Part shown: piece after piece, positions 12,181-45,795 of the stretch
Layout of the letters: each line of letters begins with the position of its first letter
How positions within the stretch are numbered: position 1 is the stretch's first letter
DNA from: Callorhinchus milii
Lineage: Eukaryota
NCBI RefSeq assembly: GCF_018977255.1
Contig: NW_024704766.1
Span: 2,294,001-2,358,000 of the forward strand
Length of the DNA stretch: 64,000 nucleotides
Direction of reading: 5' to 3'
The notes under the pieces: generated by a model
Databases searched by the model: none
What the model was told of the DNA's origin: nothing
Seen by the model: only the letters and a program-made list of their open reading frames with translations
Position numbers and translations under genes: made by a program

Positions 12181-14109
12181 AATAATATCCGACACAGACG
12201 AAGCGAACAACCTATTTTATCTGAAAGACCGATGGTCAGCATTACGTGGAAGCGTCAGCCGCACAACCTTCTGACCCGAAGGCAAGTGGCGCTACTCTAA
12301 CTGCGCCCACACTTTGTACGAGATTAATGAAAGAAAACTATCGTCTATTCAAAAGGTGACTTTTATTTTTTTTAATCTTTCAAACAAGTCGTTACGTTAA
12401 ATAAGCAATGACTTCTCTCCCCCCGAAACACCCAGCCCGAGGCTCCGAGCACAGTCGGCAAAACATCTAAACAGAAATAAATGACAAATCTATGTGAAAT
12501 CTATGGAACGCTATGTGAATGCTAAAAAAAAGAAAATAACCAGTTTCGTTGGCAGTTGCAGGTTAGGTGTAGCTGTGTGGTTCGTGGACGTTTCGAGCCC
12601 ACGTTCCCGTCGTCGTGTAGGTATGCAGTTTGGTTTGCGAAATGCGTTGGAAGTGTCAGTCAGTTCCCTGCACAGCAGTCGGGCGGTTCCACGCAAATAC
12701 ACCTGTAACGCATTACCTCCAACACGCAACGAAGCGCAAGCGGAGTCTGTAACGGGCACAGAAAAGGCTTCGCCCTTTTGGTAAATAATGAATTGTTCAT
12801 CCGGCAAATTTCGATTCACATTTTTAGAGAAGGAAACGTACTCCCAAACGCTAAGACCAAACCGTCGAGCTCGGGCAACGCACGATACAGCGCACACGCA
12901 AATCCAAGCGAGATCGCGCACGGGAGGACGGCAACGAGGGAGAAAGAAAACTACAATTCAGCTTAACAACGAAACTGGAATATGTGCAGAAAAGAGCAAC
13001 GAAACTTGACCTTTCCCATTATTCACTTAAAAGTAACTTGGTTTGAGTGAGTGTTTTTTTTATATAAAAGAAGTAATATTGATACCAATGCAAACAAACT
13101 GAACCCCTGTAACACACATAGAGCAAGTATAAATATTATACGTGCGCACACACAGATAAATCACACACGACTATATCTGAATGGTTGCATATTTCCTGGC
13201 ATTTTGCTCCTCGACACCAATGGGCTACAGTTGAAGTTATAATAATAATCCTGGCATTTGATACAGCGTCTCATCGCGTCTTTTTGAGACGTCTCAGAGC
13301 GCTGCACAGAACATACTGTAAAGTGAATTGACTGTATACAGAAAATATATAGTCAATTCACTTCACAGTATATTCTGTGAAGCGTTTTGAGACGTCTCAA
13401 CGACGCGACGAGGTTTATCGAATGCAAGATTTATTATTAGTTTACTCTTACTACAGATCCAGACTATATAAATAGGTGTTCTAGTGATAACCAGCAATGT
13501 ACATTGTCAGTTCCTGCAAACGCATGATTTGTTTTCGTACGTAAAAAAGAGTTTCAAAGTTTGTGAGGTATCCAGGTAAAAAGGTCTAATCTGATTAGAA
13601 AATGGCGAGTCTGATATTGTTTCACGGATTGCAACCGATCTGTGTAATTTTAACGGATGATTCTGTGGTGTGTGTGTGTTTGGAACGCTACTGCTAAGCG
13701 TGAAGACATGATTTAGCAGTAATCTGGATCTGCCCACTCTACACAATCTGTACTCTTAATCGTCAGGGTTTCACAATCTGCTGAAAGGAAAACCTTCCTC
13801 GTCCAACCTGATCTGGCTCAGCAACGTATGCAAAGAAAATACTGATTTAATAACGCATGTACTAATGCCAGGAGCCCGGCACAACACAGACTGGACGTGG
13901 CCGAGTGGCACAGTGAGATTTGGAGAGCACTACAGCATGTGACAAAAAGAATTGAAGGGGACTCCGAACATTAATTTCAGTGTATGATCAAACGTGATCG
14001 AAGATTCATTCGTGGGCTGGAAAGAAAGTTTGTACAGAAAAGGCTATTATCCCACGCAATTCCGACCAACAAGCAGCCTGAATCGTGGCAGACACTCCGC
14101 GCTGTAAGC

Positions 14110-19528
<5,419 letters not shown>

Positions 19529-20492
19529 CGTTCCAGTCAATCAGCACAGAACTGAAAAGCACAACCCTCCTCGTGAACACAATCTCATTGTAATAATATA
19601 ATAATAATAATAATAATCCTTGCATTTGATGCAGCGCCTTATCACGTCTTCTGGACGTCTCAAAGCGCTTATCATTGCACATCGGACGAGAAATCCAGAA
19701 TGCTCTTCTTATCGTGAAGGATATCCTTTGCTCGTCGATTATTAAATGTCCATTTTGTGACCGGAGTGGTGGTGGTGGGGGAGGGGGGGGGGGGGGGTGA
19801 GTGGGGGGTGGAGAGAGAGAAGGGGGCAAAAGAGAGTGCCTGGCATTGTTGGAACCAAGTCAGCTCTTGGTAGTCCGGTTCCTGAGGCCAGGGAGGTCCA
19901 CACACCCCCCCCCCACACACCCCCACACACACAAACCCACACACACACACAAACAAACTCCAGGGCATACGGGGAGCAGGGATTCCTCCCGCTCGACTCC
20001 TGCGAACCCCGATAGCCGCCGTAAGACTGCGGTGGGTGAAGGGAGACCGAGGTTCGCCTTCCGCCATCCTGGCAGTGGCAGTGGCAGTGGTCGTGTCCCA
20101 AACCCGATCGCGTCTGTTATCCCCGGATGTTATTTTCGAGCAGAAATCGATCTGATTTGCTCTTCAAACAAATGACATTTTCTGTTCCACACACAAACCC
20201 ACACACACAAACCCCCCACACACCCCCCCCCTACACACACACAAACCCCCACACACACACACACCCCTCCCACCCACACCCCCACCCTACACACACAAAC
20301 CCCACCCCCCTACGCACACCCCCACACCCCCCACCACACACACAGCCCCCCCCCCTCTGTACCCGGAGCCCCGGTGAGGCCCCGCCCCCCCCCCACCCGC
20401 CCCCCCCCCACCCGCCGGAGGGCAATTAATCCCAAACTCCGGACCATCGAGAAGACCTCAAACAAACGTGAGAACGGGAGCCGCGGCCTCAC

Positions 20493-20700
20493 CCGCCGCT
20501 GCACCGCCGGTGTCCCCGGGCCCCGGGGGGTGGGGGTCAGTGTCTCTGTCTCTGTCTCTCGGCGACGCTCTCAGAGACGGGTTTGAGTTTTGGCGCCAAG
20601 AAAAAAAAGCAAAGCGGCTCCGCGTCGCAGGAAGATGACGTCAGACTCATCGTCATCCTCCCGTCATCCGTCACCTCTGGCGGGGAATTCAAACCGTCCA
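20493..20700 (-). promoter_or_regulatory. CHEK1 non-coding first exon and CpG-rich promoter with E2F, CRE and CDE/CHR-like motifs
   Basis: Splice donor (minus-strand CGG|GTGAG) at 20488-20492; TTTTGGCGCCAAG (E2F-like) at 20588-20600; perfect CRE TGACGTCA at 20636-20643; TGGCGGGGAATTCAAA at 20678-20693 (GC element next to TTTGAA on the minus strand). Confidence 0.65.
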
Positions 20701-20730
20701 CAACACCAACACCAACGCCCCCCCCCCCCA

Positions 20731-21140
20731 CCAGGCACCAGCCACTGCACCCCCACCCCACCAGGGCACCAGCCACTGCCACCCCCCAGGGCACCAGCCA
20801 CTGCCACCCCCACCCCACCCAGGGCACCAGACACTGCCCCCCCCCCACCCCACCCAGGGCACCAGCCACTGCCCACCCCACCCAGGGCACCAGCCACTGC
20901 CACCCCCACCCCACCAGGGCACCAGCCACTGCCCACCCCACCCAGGGCACCAGCCACTGCCACCCCCACCCACCAGGGCACCAGCCACTGCCCACCCCAC
21001 CCAGGGCACCAGCCACTGCCGCCCCCACCCCACCCAGGGCACCAGCCACTGCCACCCCCCAGGGCACCAGCCACTGCCACCCCCACCCCACCCAGGGCAC
21101 CAGCCACTGCCACCCCCCAAACCCCACCAAGGGCCACAGC
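20731..21140. repeat. C-rich minisatellite, about 13 units of roughly 25-33 bp (CCAGGGCACCAGCCACTGCC-ACCCC...)
   Basis: Direct tandem reiteration visible in the sequence; it accounts for the spurious Pro/Gly-rich ORFs in several frames. Confidence 0.92.
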
Positions 21141-21878
21141 TACTGACACCCCATCCCAGGGTCACGGCCGCCGACACCAGGGTCACAGGGAGAGGGAAGA
21201 GATTCAGCCCATTCAAACCTTGTCCTGGGACATTTACTTGACACCAGCACGGTCGAAAAGGGGGGGGTCCTGAAGGAGGCAAGCGAGGGGGCGAGGCAGA
21301 GCGACTGTGGGATGGAGTTCCAAAGAGTGGGGGCAGAGAGGCTGAAGGCAATGGTGGGGCAGGCAAGGTATGGGACACCCACTAACAGGGACCGTGAGCT
21401 GGGTTTACAGTTTAGACCATTGCGAGGCACGTTAGTGTTACCTGACTGATGATGTGTCGATGCAATAGGAATCTTTCTCCAGTAAATTAGGCTTTCCCTT
21501 AAGAATCCAATTTTTTTCCCCCCAACAATATTTGCACTACAAATCCACCAAACACTTTACAGCAAAGCTCATTCCCTCTGCCTCTCACCAACCCCAAGAG
21601 GAACAAAACCACACATCACAGCCTAATTCCCAGTGTCCATTGGAACCCTTTATTTTCGCACTGTGGAACTTAAAACAGCGCAATTTTGTTTTGGATACTT
21701 GCCAGCAATTGTACAAATCATTGATCACTGAAACAGTTGGCCAGACACAACGCAACATGTAAAACTCTTGATTTCTTCTTTTATTCCCAAACTAGCGTAT
21801 AAAAAAAACCCAAATACAACTCTCTTCCCAGGACAAGGCATCAGTCAGTGCTGTTTTCCGTCGAGCTGTTTTGTGCTT

Positions 21879-31472
<9,594 letters not shown>

Positions 31473-32185
31473 TCAATTGCCTAGACAATTATAACAGAAA
31501 AAAAACACATTAAATATTAAGCCAGTAACAGCAAAAAGACAACCATGTTTGGATAAAATATGTTCTTTTTTGAATTCATGCTTTGATAACTGATCACGAT
31601 AAGAGATATCGCTGCTAGAAATGGAGTAAATAGGAGAGAGGATGGGGAAGAGAGAAAAGGGAGAGGGGCAGAGGCAGCTATGGATGTGCTTCAATTCCTA
31701 CAACTATTATTCAAATAAATAAGAGGTCAGGTTGGTGGAACCAAACACTTTGAGACATCGTTCCAACGTAAAACGCACTTTATAAATGTACATGGTAAGG
31801 CATTTGTCAACGTGTGCAGAGAATAGCTACGAAATGCCGATTGCGGGAACTCGTAGCAGTTGCAATAATAGTTACGCTGCAATTTACACTTAATTGGCGC
31901 CTTTCGTAGCAGGACGTCCCAAAGGAAAGGAGGGAAGAAAGGTGACCGAAAGCATGGTCACAAGGGAAGATCTTAATAGGGGTTAATAGGATGTAGCGTT
32001 CGTCCGCTGCGCACTCATCATATCAGCTGCTGTGTTCAGACATAAACACACAGTCACTACACTCCGCAGCGAAGAATCCTGCCCGAACTGAGGCTGGAAA
32101 GGCTGGACCGAATAGCACGACGTGTCAATGGTTCCAACCGGCAACTTGACGAGAGAGAAAAGTTTTTCTTTTTCTTTTCAAGAGC

Positions 32186-32216
<31 letters not shown>

Positions 32217-32702
32217 GGGGAGAGGGAGCGGTTTCACGAGGATAAACGGTAACAAACATAAACCCCTGCGGAAAATAAATAAATATATAAACAATACGAA
32301 TAATTTGGGCGCTTCCGACCCACGACTGTGCGCGTGTGTGGGGTTTGGGGGGGGACGCGGACGCCGTTGTGCCTTTCGTTCCCCCCCACCCCCACCCCAA
32401 ACCCTCAAAACGCACGGTCCCCGCGCTTAACGGCGCGCCCCGCGGAGCGCTTCGGGACGTGTCTCGGCGGACGCGCCGGGGGGGAGGGGTGAGGGGGGGG
32501 TTCAGGCATTGTGGGGGTTATTGATAATAATCGATCGTTAATCGTGTATAGAATGAGACAGGCGGCGACTGTGACTGACTGTGATGGTCTGACCCAAGGC
32601 TACAGCAGTGAAGGGGCCGGACTCCCCTCTGACGGGGGGGGGGAGAGAGGGGGGAGAGAGGGGGGAGAGAGGGAGAGAGGGGGGAGAGAGGGGGGGGGGA
32701 GA

Positions 32703-33099
32703 NNNNNNNNNNNNNNNNNNNNNNNNNNNNNNNNNNNNNNNNNNNNNNNNNNNNNNNNNNNNNNNNNNNNNNNNNNNNNNNNNNNNNNNNNNNNNNNNNN
32801 NNNNNNNNNNNNNNNNNNNNNNNNNNNNNNNNNNNNNNNNNNNNNNNNNNNNNNNNNNNNNNNNNNNNNNNNNNNNNNNNNNNNNNNAGGGGGNNNNNNN
32901 NNNNNNNNNNNNNNNNNNNNNNNNNNNNNNNNNNNNNNNNNNNNNNNNNNNNNNNNNNNNNNNNNNNNNNNNNNNNNNNNNNNNNNNNNNNNNNNNNNNN
33001 NNNNNNNNNNNNNNNNNNNNNNNNNNNNNNNNNNNNNNNNNNNNNNNNNNNNNNNNNNNNNNNNNNNNNNNNNNNNNNNNNNNNNNNNNNNNNNNNNNN
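32703..33099. other. Assembly gap within a G/A-rich low-complexity tract (STT3A intron 1)
   Basis: N-run flanked by (GGGGAGA)n. Confidence 0.98.
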
Positions 33100-33389
33100 G
33101 GGGGGAGAGAGGGGGAGGGGAGAGGGGGGGGAGGGGGAGAGAGAGGGGGGAGAGAGTGGGGAGAGAGAGAGAGAGGGAGAGAGGGGGAGGGAGAGAGGGG
33201 GGTAAAGAGAGAGGGGGAGAGAAGGGGGGGGGGGGGGGAGGGGAGAGTGACTCCTCAGGGCCTCCCCACCCACCCGGGGCTCGGACAGAGCCGCTCCTCT
33301 CCTTCACCCACACCCCCCGCTGGCGCTCTCTCTCTCTCCCCCTCCTCTCTCTCTGTGTGTGTGACTCCCCCTCCCCCCGAGGCCTAGGC

Positions 33390-33710
33390 TTTACCTGCTC
33401 TCCTCAGCGCCGCGTCTCTCCCGCTCATCCTACAACCTACCCCTGCTGGCCGGAAGCACCCGCCCTCCCGCCGCTGTCCCCCACCACTCCCCGCCTCCCC
33501 GGCCGGGCAGGCCGTCACCTGATTGGGCCGCGGCCGCTGTCAGTCACCGCCCCGCCCGCCCACCCCCGCTTCCGGTCCGGCGCCCTGCCAGCCAGCCAGC
33601 AAGTTAGGTCGAGAGCGCAAAGTGGTACGTGTCACTTCCCCGACGTCAGCGCGGGTTGGGCGGGTTTCGCGCCCAATCGGGCGGGTTTCGCGCCCAATCG
33701 GGCGGTTTTT
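33390..33710 (-). promoter_or_regulatory. STT3A non-coding first exon and CpG-island promoter
   Basis: Donor CAG|GTAAAG on the minus strand near 33390-33396; GC-rich; ATTGG/CCAAT boxes and GC boxes; ACGTGTCA at 33627-33634; GACGTCA at 33642-33648; duplicated 21-mer GGGCGGGTTTCGCGCCCAATC at 33658-33699. Confidence 0.65.
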
Positions 33711-36179
33711 TTTTTGCCTTGTGCTTTGGGCAAGGCTGGAGGTGATTAGGAGGTGGGGGAGGGGGGGGGGAGGGGGTTCATGGAGCCTACACTTGTGGGT
33801 ATATTCTCCAGAGAGAGAGAGAGAGAGAGAGAAAAAAAGAACCCCAATAATAAAATCGGTCACTTCAATCCACGGCTGTTGCGCGCAATTGGCCCACAAA
33901 ATGCACAGTCACTTCGCTCTACAGTCCATTCCGTGAAGCGCTTTGAGACATCCAGAAGACGTGAAAAGCGCTATATCAAATGCAAGGATTATTATTATTA
34001 TACCCCACATGAACTCCCACAACCTCCCGCTCCCCTCCCCTCCCCACCTCTCTCTCCTGCCTCAATTTTTTTCAACCAACGACCACCCCCCCCCCACCCC
34101 TCTCCCACCCGCTGGTCTTCCAATTCACTCAAAACTTCCGCTTACGTTTTTCAGAGAACGACAGTCTCGTAAGGTTTCGATTCGGATTCTGACCGGTACG
34201 TCTCATCGCTTAGGCAATAAGTCAATTCATTTGAATCAATTGATCAAAAGTCGATTCATTTATTAAAAAAAAACTATAACAGGACAATTTGATGAGATGC
34301 CACAGTTCACTTACAACCCGGAGAGCCATAATGGGTGGGACAGTATTGGCTGAACAACTGCAGTGTGCTACGTTTACAATTACTATATATTGGAGACAGG
34401 TTTGAGCTACCTATATACATCTGTCCCTGTGTTCCGATGACATTAAACAGGTCCTAAGTATCCAAATTGAACTGTTGGGTCAATAATAAAGATTTGTACA
34501 GTTGTCTTGTATTGGTACAGGGCTGTTGTGCTGCTGGATGATATCAGCAGATTTAATAAATACCAAATAGCAGGACACGTTTACAAAAGCATGCTAAAGA
34601 TATTAAAGGCAGAAATCTGTCACTACACCAACGTTTGACTGGTAATTCTTAATGTTTCGGGAACTTGATGAAGAATCTAAATACAGGTGTTTCGGAAAAC
34701 AGGAATAGGAGAAGGTTATTTCAGGTCATCAAATCTGTCCTACCAATTTATTAGATCATGGCAAATCTTTTAATCCCTTTTTCTGTAACCTTTAATACCA
34801 CTACGAAACTCAGAATTTGTCGGTCTCTCGTTTTAACATTCCTCTAACAGCTTTCGGGGAGGGGGGGGGGGGGGCAGAGCGTTGCATAGGGCCACAACCC
34901 TCTTTGTGAAGAAATGCTTTGTGCCTTCAGTTCTAATTGTCTTAGTTCTGGTTTTGCAGCCGTGCCCCTTGTAAAGAAGAAATACTGCTAGTTTCAGAAC
35001 TGTTGATACATCTGAGCAGTTGAAATAACAAAGGGGCAATGCCCATTTTCTTGGGAACTCCTGGTCAAGACATTACAGTAACCCTTTCGGTGGGTAGTTA
35101 ATGGCATTCAATCATCTGTTGGAAAAGGTCGGCAGAACTTCAGCAAAGGCTAGATACAGTCTGTTGCAGAAGTAACTAATCCTCTTTGCCACATAGTCCA
35201 CAGAAGCAGCATCATGTAAGATATTTGGGGATTGGGAAATGCTATAACATTTAAAACTCCTTTCCCTAAATATAAATTTAGGAACAATTGTGCAACCAAG
35301 TTTACTTTTAGTGACACTTAAACCAGCGTCAACCTTCCCCATTCAGCGCTATGAGCATATTCAGACGAAGCTCAGAGTAGTTCTGGAGCAGAACCAAACC
35401 AGTTGTTGGGCCCAGTTTGAACAAAATAATTTTATAGCAAAATCAGGTTCATACGATTAATTGATCCATTGGTTCTTAAGGTACAAGATTTTGCAAAGTC
35501 CTCATCATATTACCCCATCCCTCCATTTTCAATGGGTCTGCCTTCACAAACAATCACTGGATTTTCAAAAACAATCATGTTTCTTCATTATCTCAGTGGG
35601 ATCATAAATACATTTATCATAATTAATATTGGTTTAATATTGTACAATAATACAAGCTACCTTTTCATCATGACATTCCCTGATGGTCATCTGGATTGAG
35701 ACTAATACTGACCCAAACATTGTGGTAATTCAACATCCTCCGCCTGTTACCCCCTCAAAACGATGAATAGCATTGATGCGTTCTGAAATTCACATACTTG
35801 GCACACGTATACAGAAAGTAACATTTAGGCACAAGTTAGCTAATGCTTTGCTGTGAAGTCTAGTCTCTCACACAGATACATGCGCTCTCTATAAAATGCT
35901 ATTCACATAAAAATGTACCACTTTGAAAATCACACGAAATTTAAAATCCTCTATTCTCCCAGGACTGTAAAACGGAAGGCTGCATGTATTCCATGGCGAG
36001 TCAGACGGATGTGGATAGGTACAAGGCAGGTATGGAGGAACAGACACAATCTGCGTTCGGAAACATATGTGAATCACGGCTAATTATCAACCACTTTTCC
36101 AGTAGGACTAGCCTGCCTTCTTTTTTAACGAATGTACCTTGGACAGAATGACAGATAACACATTGTCCTCAACCGTTGT

Positions 36180-42062
<5,883 letters not shown>

Positions 42063-43215
42063 TGTAAGAGCAGCGCCAACGACATCAACTGCACACCATA
42101 GCAACAGCAACCTCACAGCACCATCTCATCCTGGGAGGACAACATCCAGTTCAGAAATCTAAGCAGCAAAGAGACAGAGACATGGACAGATCAGTCACAG
42201 CCAAGTAGCTGTGGAGCTTCATCCTTTAGGTTGTGACGGGAACAATAGCTACGGGGAAGAATTATATGTTTCGTAGCAGGTAAGCGATGAATATCACTCA
42301 GCATGACTCACAGTTTAGGCTACGAATGAGTCAGATTTCTGCGATTATATGCTTCAGAGAACTAACTTCCATGTCAGCACAGTGACTCACCAAAACTTGT
42401 TGAATTTCAAATAATTCCCTCTATGAGCAGGGATTAAACCTCAGTTCAAATTAAATCAGGATAGAAATCATAGGCATTTGATGCAGTGTCTTTCACATCG
42501 GGAGGACATCTCAAAGTGTGTCACAGGATTTACTATTAAAGTATAGTGACTATGTATCTGGAGGCCAACTCAGCAGCCAATTTGCGCACAGCAATGTCTC
42601 ACAAATGAATGATCGTTTATATTTATCCAGGGGCACCGGGGGAAAAACTCTTCTCTTTTCGAATAGTACCACGGAATGCATAACATCCATCCCAACAGGT
42701 AGATGGGACCTCAGTTTAACGACTCAACTGAGTGTCAACCTTCCACCATCCTGGGAGTCGCCTGACATGTCGTGTTCCGAACAATATATGTATGAATATA
42801 CACATATACACACACACTGTATCCCAGATATTATTTTACTGTATTATTTTCTAGCTTTGAGGCGTACATTTTACATGAAAGCGGCCACGTGAACCCGGAC
42901 GATGAACGCGATTGTAATCGTGGATAGGACTGTAATTATGGATAACAATTTGGTCGCTCAACCCATGGACTGTTTGCGGGACGCTGCCTGCGCGCGACTG
43001 ACTGCTGTGTTTCGCACCCCCCGCCACCCCCCCCAAAAAAAAAATCAGGTTAGTTCGCTTTACAGTATGTTCCGTGAAGCGCTTCGAGACGTCTCGAAGA
43101 CGTGATAAGGCACTGTATCAAATCCAATGATTATTATTATTATTATTATAATAAAGTACCTTTGTCCCTCACGGGTCAGAGAAGAGTTATTTCTGTGTGG
43201 ACAATAAGGCAGAAA

Positions 43216-43567
43216 NNNNNNNNNNNNNNNNNNNNNNNNNNNNNNNNNNNNNNNNNNNNNNNNNNNNNNNNNNNNNNNNNNNNNNNNNNNNNNNNNNNNN
43301 NNNNNNNNNNNNNNNNNNNNNNNNNNNNNNNNNNNNNNNNNNNNNNNNNNNNNNNNNNNNNNNNNNNNNNNNNNNNNNNNNNNNNNNNNNNNNNNNNNNN
43401 NNNNNNNNNNNNNNNNNNNNNNNNNNNNNNNNNNNNNNNNNNNNNNNNNNNNNNNNNNNNNNNNNNNNNNNNNNNNNNNNNNNNNNNNNNNNNNNNNNNN
43501 NNNNNNNNNNNNNNNNNNNNNNNNNNNNNNNNNNNNNNNNNNNNNNNNNNNNNNNNNNNNNNNNNNN
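43216..43567. other. Assembly gap next to a (CA/CACAGA)n tract (EI24 intron 1)
   Basis: N-run followed by CACAGAGACAC-type repeats at 43570-43855. Confidence 0.98.
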
Positions 43568-43860
43568 AAGACACTGAGACACACGCGCACAGACACACCC
43601 ACACACCCAGAGTCACACACCCACAGAGACACCCAACCACAGAGACACACAGACACCCACAGAGACACACACCCACAGAGACACACACCCACACAGACAC
43701 CCACACAGACAGCCACACACAGAGACACACACACCCCCACAGACCCACCCACAGAGACACACACCCACAGAGACACCCACACAGATACCCCCCACAGAGA
43801 CACCCCCCCACAGACAGGGAGATGGACACACCCCCAGACACAGCCCCACAGACACTATAA

Positions 43861-44060
43861 CTCACCCTCGGGGCTGAGGCTGTGACGCTCTCTCCCGCTG
43901 CTCAGGCCCCAAAGGCAGCGCCGCTCAACGCGCATGCGCCGCACGGGGCCCCGCCCCGAAAGGGACGCTGGGAAACGCAGCCGTGCGTCGGGCGAGAGAA
44001 ACTACGTTTCCCAGGCTGCAACGCGCGCCAGCCATGGAGCATGCGCAAGCTGTGAACACT
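43861..44060 (-). promoter_or_regulatory. EI24 non-coding first exon and CpG-island promoter with NRF1-like motifs
   Basis: Donor GG|GTGAGT on the minus strand at about 43860-43866; CpG-rich; GCGCATGCGC at about 43930-43939 and GAGCATGCGCA at 44037-44047 (NRF1-type palindromes). Confidence 0.6.
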
Positions 44061-44109
44061 GGTGGGGGAGGATGATGGACAACTTTTGTGCCACTTTATC
44101 AAATGCAAG

Positions 44110-44430
44110 GATTATTATTATTATTATTGCATATTAGTAATAAATAACAACAATCATATCAATAGTATATCAATATTATTATGAATAATATTAATATTAT
44201 ATATTCATATGTTATTATATGTTACAATGGAATATTAATAATAACAATTAATAACAATTAATAATAATACTATTAATAGTACTATTAATAATACTATTAA
44301 TAGTATTGTATTAATATTATGAATAATATTATTTATATTATGAATAATATTATTTATATTATTATCAGTAATAATACTATTAATAGTATTGTTATTATAC
44401 TAATATTATGAATACTATTATTATTATTCT
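44110..44430. repeat. AT-rich low-complexity (TAA/ATT)n tract
   Basis: Nearly pure A/T sequence continuing from a SINE (ATT)n tail. Confidence 0.85.
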
Positions 44431-45795
44431 TTTGCTTCCTAAAATGAAAATGATCAGTAATTGTCCTTCCTCCTAAATTCTCTCTTTACTTTTTTTAAAA
44501 ATCATCTTCAATGTGACATTGCTGTGTGTAACACTGATCTGCTTTAGTGCTGTCCTGATCTAAAACGAGACAACTCCGCTGCCTGAATATCAGTCAGCTA
44601 ATTGCTCTGTAGAGTGTACATCATACAGACATACGTACAAACAAACATGCTTACATATATTTAATTACTATTTTTGCGTTAGATTTTAATTATAAATAGG
44701 GATATCATGTTTGCGGCCACTTTACATGCATTACAAAGTTTTATGTACTATTCTTTGCCTCCATTGCTTTCAACACTCTCTATTTTTTTGCTTTTAAGTG
44801 GCTTCCGTTTTCTGAAGTTTACTAATGCAAGTGTCAATTTCACAAGCGCATTCGTTTCAGCGGGTGTTTATTTCACTCTGATCTCAGGTAACACTAAGAT
44901 ACTAAAAGCTGTGTATACCCTGATCTACAGCATATCTGGATTCTCACCAATTGCTCATGACCGCATAACTGTAAAATCTATGCTGTGAATTTAATGGCGA
45001 GCCTTCGCTTAAGTATTTTTATGCTGAGTGGAACAGGCTCCCTTGGGAGAGACGGCGGAAGCAGACAATGTTGTTTGTTTCAAGAACCAATTAGACAGAT
45101 TTTTGCTGGAAAATAACATACAATACAAAATTACAGTTGTACGGCACCTTTCACGTCAGGAGGACGTCCCAAAATGCTGCTACAGGAGACTGTGTATAGT
45201 TTGGGGCACGACATGTCGAGCAACTGCCACGATGGTGGAAGACGAACTGGGTCGACCTCGCGCTTCTTTCGCCAGCAAATTCTTATGTTTTTATGTTGAT
45301 CAAAGCCATGTCTATCTTTGTAAGCCTTTCGTTTCTCCTTGCTTCTGGTAAGTCAAATATTCACTCTGTTTTTGGGGTCCAGCTGTTGATCCAGTGCAGT
45401 GTAGTCCCTTCAGTGCTTTCCTACTTCAAGTCTCCCTTTTCTTTCAAAATGTGAAACATCGCAAAGGTGTTCGACCAAAGTGAAACCTTGGATCGAGTCA
45501 CTTTATTTTTGGTCATTTCAAAATTGTCGTGGGCATCAAGTAGTACTGCCATTTCATTGTTTTAAGACTGAATTGTTTGGCACATTAGGGAATGTTCTGC
45601 CTTGGCGGAGCTTGCTGTCAAAGCTTAACGCCAGGCATTATATCTGGTGCAATGTGGTGCCAGGAGTTGAGTTGCGATGTGAATTGAGCACTCGCTTTGG
45701 CTTCACGTTTGGCGGTGAACTGCTGCTAAAATGATGTAGATGCGGCAGTTGGTGTATTATTGCATTTTATGTACTGCAGAGTTTATTTTGAAAAT

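Noticed and set aside
20731-21140. CRISPR-like repeat array
   Set aside because: The context is eukaryotic and the 'spacers' are C-runs of variable length rather than unique sequences.
20537-21378. Long Pro/Gly/Trp-rich ORFs (161-229 aa) on both strands
   Set aside because: These are translations of a stop-poor minisatellite, open in most frames simultaneously.
32511-33749. 412-aa and neighbouring ORFs
   Set aside because: They span an N-gap and G/A low-complexity sequence; the same applies to the ORFs at 43060-43865.
42755-42790. p53 response element in EI24 intron 1 (GACATGTC)
   Set aside because: Only a single imperfect half-site is present, with no adjacent second RRRCWWGYYY.
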